From Paragordius varius (lineage: Eukaryota; Animalia; Nematomorpha): 64,000 nt of DNA. The stretch spans positions 1,550,001-1,614,000 of the forward strand of contig OZ176058.1 of assembly GCA_964247055.1 (NCBI GenBank), read 5' to 3'. Of this stretch, positions 51,101 through 59,899 are shown piece after piece (the first letter of the stretch is position 1; each line of letters begins with the position of its first letter). A program made the position numbers and the translations under genes. The notes beneath the pieces are model-generated. The model was not told where the DNA came from, ran no database searches, and worked only from the letters and a program-made list of their open reading frames with translations.

Positions 51101-54100
51101 TATTTTCATTGAAAAAATTAACATTTAATATTTGTAGCGTAAAAATGAATACTTAATATGGATAATATATACTAAAAGCCAATATTTTTGGTTAATAATA
51201 GTAAAAAGCGAAGAAAAAAACTATAAGCAATACTAGACAACAATCTTTTTTGCCACTCAAGTTTTTTGCATTTCTGATATTTACTACCATTTTAACAGTA
51301 AATCCGAAATAAAAATTATAATTCCACCTATGAATTTTGTATAAATTTGATTTTTTGATTAGGCGCTTTCTTTAAAATATTACTAAAATTGTTTTCTTCC
51401 AAAATATACAACAAATGCCCATTTGTTATATCATTCGAAAGAGTAAAAAACCCTATAAAATGCTAATATGTTTTACGATGGTTAATATTGGACATAGGAA
51501 GCGACACGCGAAGCGAGAGCGTTTTTCTCAATTCATATATTTTTAAACTAATCGATAATAGCTGGCAATTTTTTCATTAAAATACCTACTTATTGCTTTT
51601 ATGTCATTCAGAGCAGCTATTTTTTAGTTTTTGTTTTTAAAAAATTACCATTTCATCAATATTAATTTATTTTCTTTAAAAATCTTATAATTTTATGAAA
51701 TTTTAAAGAATAAAAGCAAAGTTGTAGGTACTTTTGATCTTGAAATTTATAATAAATTTACAGTTAGAGTTATGCATTTTAGTATCCACTGGCTAAAATA
51801 ATTTTGATGATCATAATTTTTATTAAAAAAACCAAAAGTTTCAAGGATTTTTTTATTATAACAAATATAACCCTAATAAGCAAAATAATTTATATGATGT
51901 TTATATTATTTTTATGAATGAAAAGTGGGAAAACAATATGCTGTCATTACAGTATGCATTTTAATGCTGGTTTATTCACATTATCGTTGGTCAATTGGAA
52001 ATACAGTAGTGTTTGGGGAAAAAACAAAAAAATGTTGTTTAACAATTTTTCCTAATTTTACATTACTTTGTTTAATTAACTTTTTGTTGTTTTTTTTCCA
52101 ACACTACTGTAATCTCAATTGACCAAAGTGTGAAAAATTCAGTATTAAATACATTTTGTATATAATTGGTTGATTATATTGTGATAATTTTAGATATACA
52201 CCAAAAACTAAGTTATGGGAGGATATGGAACCGGCTTTTACAAAAAGATCCAATTTTGGCATCGCAATTAATCCATTAACCAACCTAATTTATGTTATAG
52301 GTGGTAGGAATAAATATGCCTTAAATGTTTTAGAATGGTATGTGTAATTGCTGTTTTTGTTATACACATGTCTTTTATTTTCATTGTACTTGATACTTGA
52401 TGGCTTTTTATCTTCATTTTTGAAGGTTGCCACTTACTTACAGTAGCGTATGCAGTAAAAGATTGTTAGTGCAAAATAATCTTAATGAAGACAAAACAGG
52501 GGGATATTAAGGATATGTTTATAAATAGGACTGAATGATAATTAATATAGGAAAATTGTCCCCCTGTTTTGTGTTAATTAAGATTATTTTGCACTAACAA
52601 TCTTTTACTGCATACGCTACTGTATTCCAAAAATCCTTATCTAGTCATATGGTAATGTCGAGGTTTTATGTCATTTTTTATATTGTCCTTCCAGGAATAA
52701 GTTGGGCGCCCTTTCCGGTTGTTTTCAAAGGGTTGTATGTGTTAAATGATTTTAGATGGGTGATGAGTTTGTTTTATTTTAATGTGACTCAAGTATTTGA
52801 GTCTGCTTGCTTGTATAAATTTTTCTACTGTGTCATATATGTGTTTAAGAGGAATATTGTTGTCAAAACAACAATCATTAAATATTTTGTTTTCCATATT
52901 TATCATTTTGTCAAGATTTTTATTGTTTAGGGGCCATGTTTCGGTGGCGTAATTAAGAGCGGGTTTTAGGAATTTTAGAAAACTTTACCCCACGCTTGTT
53001 GAATTCGTTTCCATATTGCTCCAGTTATGGCCTTTAGAGACTATGACGTCTCCTCAATAGGTAAACTGCTCTCCTTTATCTATTGAATTATCGTCGATTG
53101 GCACATATGTCCAGCGTTGGATTATTGTTTTTACAATTATTACATTTAAGGTTATTAACTCGTTTAGTTTGCCGGTAATTTTGGAGCATTTTTTGTGAAC
53201 CCAGAATTTGCATTTGTTTCAGTTTATTGCATTGGTTTTAACTTCCTTGTCGCAGATAGCGCTTAGATATTTGGGGCGCTGTGTACGATCTCCTCATATC
53301 ATTATTTTAGTTTTACTAAAATTTATTTTTAGTGTCTCTAGGCAGATTTTTTATGTTCTAAATATATTTGACATATTTTCAAGTGAAATGTTTGTTAAAA
53401 CAATGTCATCCGCGAAGATTAACTCCCAAAGCGGTTCGATAGATTGGTTTTCGTGATACAGTCTAATATTATAATGAATAGTAATGGACTAATGTATCTT
53501 AAAATTTATCAATATTCTATGACTATTGTTAATTTGAATAGATTTTATAAACATTTAACAAAATACCGCTAAATCGAAGTGCAATCCATTATACAAAAAT
53601 TTAATTATAATATTGTTATCTATTATATATACACTGTGTACAAAAAAGAAAGTCGAAATCGGGCAAGAAGCCAAAATTAAGAATAATTAAGGATTATTAA
53701 TAATGATAAATGAGATATTATGATTTATTATCATTTTATGAAATATTTTCATTATAAGTTTATAATCATAGGGTTATAAGATGACGTTTTTTTTTAACAC
53801 ACTTAAATGACAAATTTTTTTTTAACTATATTATAATAATTTTAATAATTACTAATCTCACTATTAAAATCTTAACATTCATGAGTTATTCAGTAAAAAA
53901 AACTTATATATCAAAATAAAACTAAAAAATATTGTTTTTTATTTTTTCATTTTTTAGTCATCTTTATGAGGTATAAAAAAATACTGTATTTTGGAATTTA
54001 CATGAGTGGGAATTATAAAGTATATAAATGCACAATAGCATTTAAAAGTAGTGGAATATCAACCAACAAGCCGAAATCCCAACAAAAATTTTATTTGACT

Positions 54101-56624
54101 TAAAACAGTCTTACAGGGCTTTGTAAGGATTGTTAGTTTATATTCCACTACTTTTAAATCCTATTATGCATAAATTATATACTTAATGATTCCCACTCAT
54201 GCTAAAATAAAAGAGTATAAATTTTTTGAGCTAGAAAAAATTATTATAATATATTTTCACAATTTTTTTGCCTGTGTTAAAAGAAAAACGCCATCTTTTG
54301 ACTTGAAATTTTATAGAAACCCTAACTATATGATTTGAGTTATTATTTATTGGATATATCTTATAAAATGATAATAAACCACAATATCTCAAATTTACTC
54401 ATAAATTTTCACTTCTTGCCCGATAATTTTCTCTTAATATTTCAAATAGGTCGTCATCAATAAAAAATTTTTGCGGATTAATTTTCTGGTCATAACTTAT
54501 TTCAACTCATAAAAAAAATTATTTGGTAAAAAAAACCGTCTTTTTTGCACACAGTATATATATATATATATATATATGCATACAAATAGTTATTCACCGC
54601 TATTAAATCAATGGACCAAGCTACCCTCTATGAAAATATCGCGTTATGATGTAGCAGTAACCATTTTAAACAATATCCTATATGTATTAGGCGGTAAAAA
54701 TGGCCTAAAGTCAGGTAAATTTCTTTTAAGCTTTTATATTGAAAAAATGACTTTAAACATCTAAGCTTTTGATAAATGTTGACGCCATAATTTGATATTA
54801 TTTACACCAAAGTTATAAAATGTGCACATTAAAGAGTTTATTTAAATCATTGTATTAAATAGTTTGGGTCTTACATTTTTTTCTAAAAACTGTGTATTTT
54901 TATAATGAATTAAATTTATTAAATTTTGTCTCTGCAAATTATGAATTATATTATTTTTTAAGCGCATCTCTATGATGGTCATAAAGTCATTTTCATCAAT
55001 AATTTTTATGTCTAATGAATCTTTGAATTTTATTTACTACTATTTTTTTAATAGTTGAGGCTTATAATATAAAGACAAATCATTGGGAGGATCGATGTGA
55101 TATGCTTATAGGTCGACATAATTTCTCAGTTTTAACTCATCAAAATTATCTATTCGCCATAGGCGGGGACGTGAAATTATCTATAGAACGGTCGGTTATA
55201 ATTAATTTATTTGAACTTTCTATAATATTGGAACCTCATTATATTTAATTTTTTATATCCAGCAAAATTATTAGGTAAAAAGTTAAAGACAAATACCTTT
55301 TTATTACCTTTGTTTAATTAAAAAAAAACTAAGAGCATATAAATAATTTTTGTCGTTAAATCTTAAACATAATTTTGTAAAAATCTTTACTGTAAAATTA
55401 TCTTTTGCTAGTTTTCATGGCTGAAATTTTGGATTATTTATTTCATTTAAAATTTTGCATTTGAAATTTCTCCCGGGCTACAGAGGTATTTTGGCTGACG
55501 TCGTGTTGAACTCCTTAGTATATATAATTTATATACATATACATATATAGTTATAATGTCAGTACAGATACATGGACATTATTGCAAACTTGTTGGAACT
55601 TAAGCCACATTGCAGTAAATTTTTCATTGAATAATGATAAAATAATAAATTTTTTTTGGTTAATATATTTAAGAAGATTTTTTAAATATTAATGTTTTTA
55701 GCCACAAATTTCAATACAGACAAAACGTAAAAATAAAAGACAAATACAATAAAAAGCAACCAATTTTTTTTAAATTCCTTTCAGTCCTTCGATTCAAATT
55801 GGGGTAGTTGGATACCCTAATCCTATTTAAAATTAAATTCTTGAATAAATATGGAAGGAATCTAAACCATGGCAAAATTTTGCACTCATATAACATTAAT
55901 TAACCGAAATGTAAAATATAAAAATACATTACGTTACATTTAAGCTAAAACGGAAAGGTAAAAACTTAAGGAACGTGACATGTGTGCAATGGTAAAATTG
56001 AAAAACACAAAATAAGCCGCTTTTTCTGCTATCAATGTTGAAATTTAAATAAAAAATTAGCTATAAAATTACCCTTAAAAGTATATGAAGACAATATTTT
56101 GCAAGAATTTTGTTAAATGGCGTTGAAGTAGTTCATAAAATTTTTTTTTTAAAACAAAATTTTATTTGTATATTTTGGCATATTTATATAGTTTTTATTA
56201 GGATAGATGCATAAATTTAAATTGGGGCCGTTTCCTTCAGTAGTTTTTTAAAATCCTAACTTAAATTCTGGGTTATTTAGATACTTCAATTTGAATCGAA
56301 GTGTTAAATATTGCTCATCGTATTGGATGCAAATTTGGACATAGATGCTAATTGTTTATCAATTTAATATTTATAAATGTGATTACATATTTTATGTGGG
56401 AAATAAAAAATTTATGGCGTTCTTTTAAATATTTTTCTTTTACATATTTTGTCTAAAGAATTTTATTTTTGCATGTTATTTAGGTGGCCTCGAACATAAA
56501 TGATCACCCATTTTTGTTAGCTCCTGTGGATAAAAATAACATAATCTCATTTAATATGCAATGGAAAAATCTTGTTTCAAATGATACAGTAATACCATCA
56601 ATTACTCCAAATAATCAGAGTTAA
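42042..56624 (+). CDS. KLHL20-like: Kelch-like BTB-BACK-Kelch protein (CUL3 adaptor family), diablo/KLHL20-like; 11 exons, 1656 nt, 551 aa
   Basis: Exons 42042-42187, 42215-42336, 42359-42585, 43685-43840, 46195-46414, 49429-49603, 52194-52337, 54590-54714, 55055-55190, 55551-55614, 56484-56624. All introns are GT-AG and all phases join. Motifs LCDV, AHKAILKACSPYFNAMFTG, NCLGIKAFA, EEFLLLP, VLQHIRF, AKNHLLL, five Kelch repeats. The N-terminus and last exon are least certain; orthology is untested. Confidence 0.88.
42188..42214 (+). other. 27-nt GT-AG intron (intron 1)
   Basis: GTTTTTAACCATTTTAAACATTTATAG. Removal gives the ungapped BTB motif FKAHKAILKACSPYF; retention would add 9 residues in frame. 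Confidence 0.78.
42215..42336 (+). CDS. Kelch-like gene exon 2 (BTB)
   Basis: AILKACSPYFNAMFTGNLKENINCEVILHKTSATAVKAIL. Confidence 0.88.
42337..42358 (+). other. 22-nt GT-AG intron (intron 2)
   Basis: GTATTTTATGTAAATATTTTAG. Removal repairs the frameshift between ORFs 42042-42392 and 42373-42600 and gives AVKAILDYFYTLHITVNE, ungapped against the BTB consensus. Confidence 0.85.
42359..42585 (+). CDS. Kelch-like gene exon 3 (BTB end / BACK start)
   Basis: YFYTLHITVNETNVENLLSTACLFQL..NCLGIKAFAHLYMC..RYFKK. Confidence 0.9.
43685..43840 (+). CDS. Kelch-like gene exon 4 (BACK)
   Basis: TAG|VVLTEEFLLLPLDQLIELISS..ERVYEAAIKWIRYD..SYD|GTAAGT. Confidence 0.92.
44153..44708 (+). mobile_element. Family B TTAA MITE in intron 4
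   Basis: TTAA at 44149-44152 and 44709-44712; colinear with 41404-41968. Confidence 0.78.
46195..46414 (+). CDS. Kelch-like gene exon 5 (BACK end, linker, start of Kelch 1)
   Basis: TAG|VLQHIRFENLAPAYIV..CRNLLDIAKNHLLL..DILYA-G|GTGAG. Confidence 0.92.
46620..47180 (+). repeat. ~550-bp unclassified repeat, directly repeated at 51250-51800
   Basis: Shared blocks TTTGCCACTC(G/A)AGTTTTTTGCATTT, GACATAGGAAGCGAC..CGCGAAGCGAGAG, TATGCATTTTAGTATCCAC. Confidence 0.75.
47200..47370 (-). mobile_element. Short RTE 3'-end fragment in intron 5
   Basis: Reverse translation contains FFGHIIR and IR*MDNI, matching the RTE C-terminus. Confidence 0.45.
47398..48542 (+). mobile_element. Family B TTAA MITE (outer copy) in intron 5, split by an inverted copy of itself
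   Basis: TTAA at 47394-47397 and 48543-48546. The two halves join across the inner element. Confidence 0.8.
47789..48364 (-). mobile_element. Family B TTAA MITE (inner copy, 576 bp, reverse)
   Basis: TTAA TSD at 47785-47788 and 48365-48368; both termini intact. Confidence 0.85.
48634..49225 (-). mobile_element. RTE reverse transcriptase fragment in intron 5
   Basis: GLRQGGVLS..VHYADDTVIF (ORF 48900-49130), followed by FLGSIINN and IWTSHDIQIKTKIRL..FLYG; ends at a C18 run. Confidence 0.8.
49429..49603 (+). CDS. Kelch-like gene exon 6 (Kelch 1-2)
   Basis: TAG|(V)GHPQNLVSSKIYAYNGHNWSICSPMRVRRAHMGIAVVMGYVYVIGGYNQTLFFNSME-AG|GT. Absent from the ORF track; found by manual translation. Confidence 0.9.
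49705..49930. mobile_element. Tc1/mariner-type MITE, 226 bp, near-perfect hairpin
   Basis: TA-CAGTCATGTATCC...GGATACATAACTC-TA; arms of ~90 bp. Confidence 0.75.
50160..50943. repeat. Imperfect foldback element in intron 6
   Basis: ATATACCATTTTTCATGCAAA (50161) pairs with TTTGCATGAAAAATGGTATAT (~50942). Inner arms ~50230-50340 and ~50660-50790 also pair. Confidence 0.6.
52194..52337 (+). CDS. Kelch-like gene exon 7 (Kelch 2-3)
   Basis: TAG|(R)YTPKTKLWEDMEPAFTKRSNFGIAINPLTNLIYVIGGRNKYALNVLE-TG|GTATGT. Confidence 0.92.
52441..52622. mobile_element. Tc1/mariner-type MITE, 182 bp
   Basis: TA TSD on both sides; ~64-bp TIRs starting CAGTAGCGTATGCAGTAAAAG. Confidence 0.85.
52630..53460 (-). mobile_element. 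3' portion of an RTE LINE with a Cys/His (PHD-like) insert in the RT C-terminal region
   Basis: LIFADDIVL, FSKTKIM, then ICDKEVKTNAI..CKFWVHKKCS..KCNNC, then YATETWPL and RKGRPTYSWKDNIKND. Confidence 0.75.
53632..54556. mobile_element. ~925-bp foldback element (family G) with CACTGTG-type termini, in intron 7
   Basis: CACTGTGTACAAAAAAG ... CTTTTTTGCACACAGTA in a (TA)n context. Inner arms 53990-54070 and 54125-54210 pair. Second copy from 63238. Confidence 0.7.
54590..54714 (+). CDS. Kelch-like gene exon 8 (Kelch 3-4)
   Basis: TAG|(C)YSPLLNQWTKLPSMKISRYDVAVTILNNILYVLGGKNGLKS-G|GTAAAT. Confidence 0.92.
55055..55190 (+). CDS. Kelch-like gene exon 9 (Kelch 4-5)
   Basis: TAG|(V)EAYNIKTNHWEDRCDMLIGRHNFSVFNSQNYLFAIGGDVKLSIE-CG|GT. 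Confidence 0.9.
55551..55614 (+). CDS. Kelch-like gene exon 10 (Kelch 5)
   Basis: TAG|(R)YNVSTDTWTLLQTCWNLSHIA|GTAAAT. The donor is inferred; read-through would stop at 55690-55692. Confidence 0.75.
55780..56303 (+). mobile_element. Family B MITE with truncated left end, in intron 10
   Basis: Colinear with 41404-41968; right end ..AATCGAAGTG-TTAA. Confidence 0.72.
56484..56624 (+). CDS. Kelch-like gene exon 11 (degenerate sixth blade, stop)
   Basis: TTTAG|VASNINDHPFLLAPVDKNNIISFNMQWKNL..NNQS*; phase 0, matching the exon 10 donor; weak homology. Confidence 0.6.
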   Translation: MASNINDHPFLLAPVDKNNIISFNMQWKNLVSNDTVIPSITPNNQS

Positions 56625-56774
56625 TATTTTTTGTGCATTTAATTTTCAAAACTTAAGCAAATGTGCACATTATTTTTTGAAAGATTTTACATATTATAAA
56701 ATATTTTTTGACAAATATATTATTTTGGGAAAATAACCGCTTTAGTTTTTTATAGGTGCCCATAATTGATTGGT

Positions 56775-56777
<3 letters not shown>

Positions 56778-56834
<57 letters not shown>
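56778..56834. repeat. (TA)n microsatellite downstream of the kelch gene stop
   Basis: About 28 perfect units. Confidence 0.95.
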
Positions 56835-56838
<4 letters not shown>

Positions 56839-59070
56839 GGTATTTTATGATAATTTATGTTTATTATATTGTATGAGTAAGAATACCGTGCTAATTTTTA
56901 ATGGTTATTGCCAGATAGCACCATATAGCAAAGAATTTTTTATTGGCTAATTATAGTACAAAATGAAAAAAATAACTAAATTCCAATAAATTACGTCCTT
57001 TGATTAAAATATTAACTAATATTAAAGAACTAGCAATGTATTCTTTATACTGAATATTTTTTAATCAGTTTCGAATGGCAACGAAGTCGTAAACAAGAAC
57101 TAACTTCAACAGTTAGCGTTTCCAGTTCTTTTTCTATGAAATCATTTATAAATCGTAAGCCATAATTTAATATTTTTTATACCGAACTTTATAAATTAAG
57201 CATTTATGAACCATGTATTTTTATATAATATAGTTAAAAAAGGAAATTATGCGGACGGAACGTCAAAATAAAAACATTTTTTTTTCAAAAGAGCGCTGTA
57301 CTTTTTAAACTTAACTTTTATATGAATATAACTCATTGTTTAAGATTGTAAACCATGAAATTCATAAATTATGTATTTTCCAATTTTAATCAAATATAGG
57401 AAAAACTAAGGTTTATTGTCTTTTGAATATTAGTCTATATATTTTAACGTTTTGCGTAATTTTAATTTCTACTGTTATTTAGTTAAAAAACCGCAAAATA
57501 TAATAGAGTCTGCCATTATTACAATGTAAAAACAAGGAAGACGTATCAAAACGCATAATTAATATTTGATAGTTTTAGTGATCTCATTTGATTTTAATGT
57601 AAAATTTATTTTATAAAATGTAAATAAATTTTTCTTGTTTCCCTTGGTTTGAAACTGTTTTCAAAACTAGCTTTACAAATATATTTTGCGGGGCTCGCGA
57701 AAAATGCAAAAATGTTACACTAATAAAATTTTAAACAATGCGTTTTTAATTTTTTAAAGTAAAAAAGGCTCGTTTTAATTATTTTCGATTATAGCATATT
57801 TTCTTCCAGCATTTATCATTATATACATTTTAAAAAATTTTATATTGCGTTTTGAACCATAATATAAAAAATTATGTCTCATTGCAGAAAATAATCTAGT
57901 AAAGCTTATTTTTATTCATGGTAATTATAAGGCACCAATGATTGCTATTCAGTAATGAAATAATTTAATTTATTTAAAGTTTATTATGTTTGTAGTAACC
58001 AGTGTTAAAAAATAAGTAAATATGGCTTAAAGATTTGTTGGTGCCTAGTTTATATATAAAATATGTTGCCGGATTGCTAGTAATTTTTACGGTTAAAACT
58101 CAGATAATAGCATTTTCCTACATACAAATTGCATTGGTGAAAATAACCCGTTAGAAATAAGGTAGATGCACTAAAAATAAAATTATACCGGCAAAACATA
58201 AAAATATTGAGTATCCAAAGAATAAACCTTAGTTCTTTCTACTGTTATTTAACACTCCATTACCTTTTGGGGTAATTTTATATCCCAGAGCAATTTGTAA
58301 TTTGAATATCTTAAAATATATTTAAGCTATAAATCCAAATTTAACAATATACTTTCTCTAGTTTTTTAGGCGCATTATACAAATTTTTTTAAAAAGGCAA
58401 AATTGTAAAAAAGTCCTCATCTGAAATTTTTGCCGCCAATTTTTTTTAATTTTTTTATATCCTAATGCAACATGCAGATAAATGTATATTATTGTTAGAA
58501 GATATAAATATTATAAACAACTAGGAAACATTTAAGCAACTTCATTTACTTTGATTATATCAGCTGTTTGTTTGATCGTGTTTTGAAACAGTATTTTTAG
58601 ACTCTAGAAGTCACACAAATCTAAAAAATATAAGCTCTTCTATCTTATATATAAGAATAATGTTTTATAAAATTTTAATTAATATAACTGAGCTATAAAA
58701 CTATCCTAATAGATAAAGGAAATAGTGAAAAGGAAATAAAAATCTCTTACGCATATGTACTATGATTTGCATATTTTTATACAATTCCATTCAAATCCAG
58801 TAGGACCTCATACTATATTGTTGATATTTTCAAAAACCTACTGAAACTAACTGTTTTAATTTAAATTTATGCCTCTATCATAATACAAATTTTAAAAATA
58901 AGCCATATTGAAAAAAAGTTACAGATCAAATTACTTAGACGCCTTTTTTAGTTTACAACATTAATCTAAATATCGTGTTTATTTAATTTTAAAAACTAAA
59001 GATAATTTTTTATAACATCTAGCACTGATATAAAGAGAAATAGTTTATTTCGTATTTAAGTAATAACTAT

Positions 59071-59312
59071 AATTACACGGACAAAACGTAAAATAATAAG
59101 ACAAAAATTTTTTTCAAAGGTTAAACCTTTTCAACCTTACAATATTTGCTATATAAAAGTTTTAATTAAAACCGTAAACTAAGTTGATTAAGCTATCAAT
59201 TTAGATTTCTATTTTGCAGATTAAAACAATCATTTATTTTAAAAATAATCAATCAAAAAATATGGTTGTCTTTTAGGATTCTTTATATTTTTAGGTTTTG
59301 TCCGTATAAATT
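59071..59312. repeat. Family E hairpin element
   Basis: AATTACACGGACAAAACG ... GTTTTGTCCGTATAAATT inverted pair. Confidence 0.55.
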
Positions 59313-59899
59313 CAATTTTATGGTGATTTACCTTGAGATTTTTACATGAATTAGTTGTTTTAATAAATTCCTTTTTAAATTTGGGTGTATCAAGATTTTA
59401 TCAGTGGAAACATTTGCCATGATTTCGTTTTGTTACAAATTTATCAAAAAAATTAAGTTTAAACAGGCCCTGAGTTTCCAAAGACCCAATTTGAATCGAA
59501 GGACTGAAGTAAATATGCCGTAATTAAGTGTTAATTACCAAATGATATTATTTGTAAATAAAAGATCCATTATTCTATTTTCTCTGTTAAAATATAAATA
59601 GGTTAAGATTCTTTCAAAAAGAAGTATGATTACTAAATTCTCTTCCATGGAAGTTTCGAAAACTAAAAACCCGCCATCTATTTAATTCTTGAATAAGGTT
59701 GTTGATAAACCTATGTAAAAAAACTCGCAAATCCCTTTGAAACATACAATAGAGCCACATCATATAAATAATACTTGGTTCTGAAACATATATCAATAGG
59801 TTATAAGTTTTAATGCTTGATTTGTTGCAACCGCCTTTCTACCATTTATTCAAATGAACCATAAAAATAATTCACCTTTTTATTTAACTAAACTTATTA

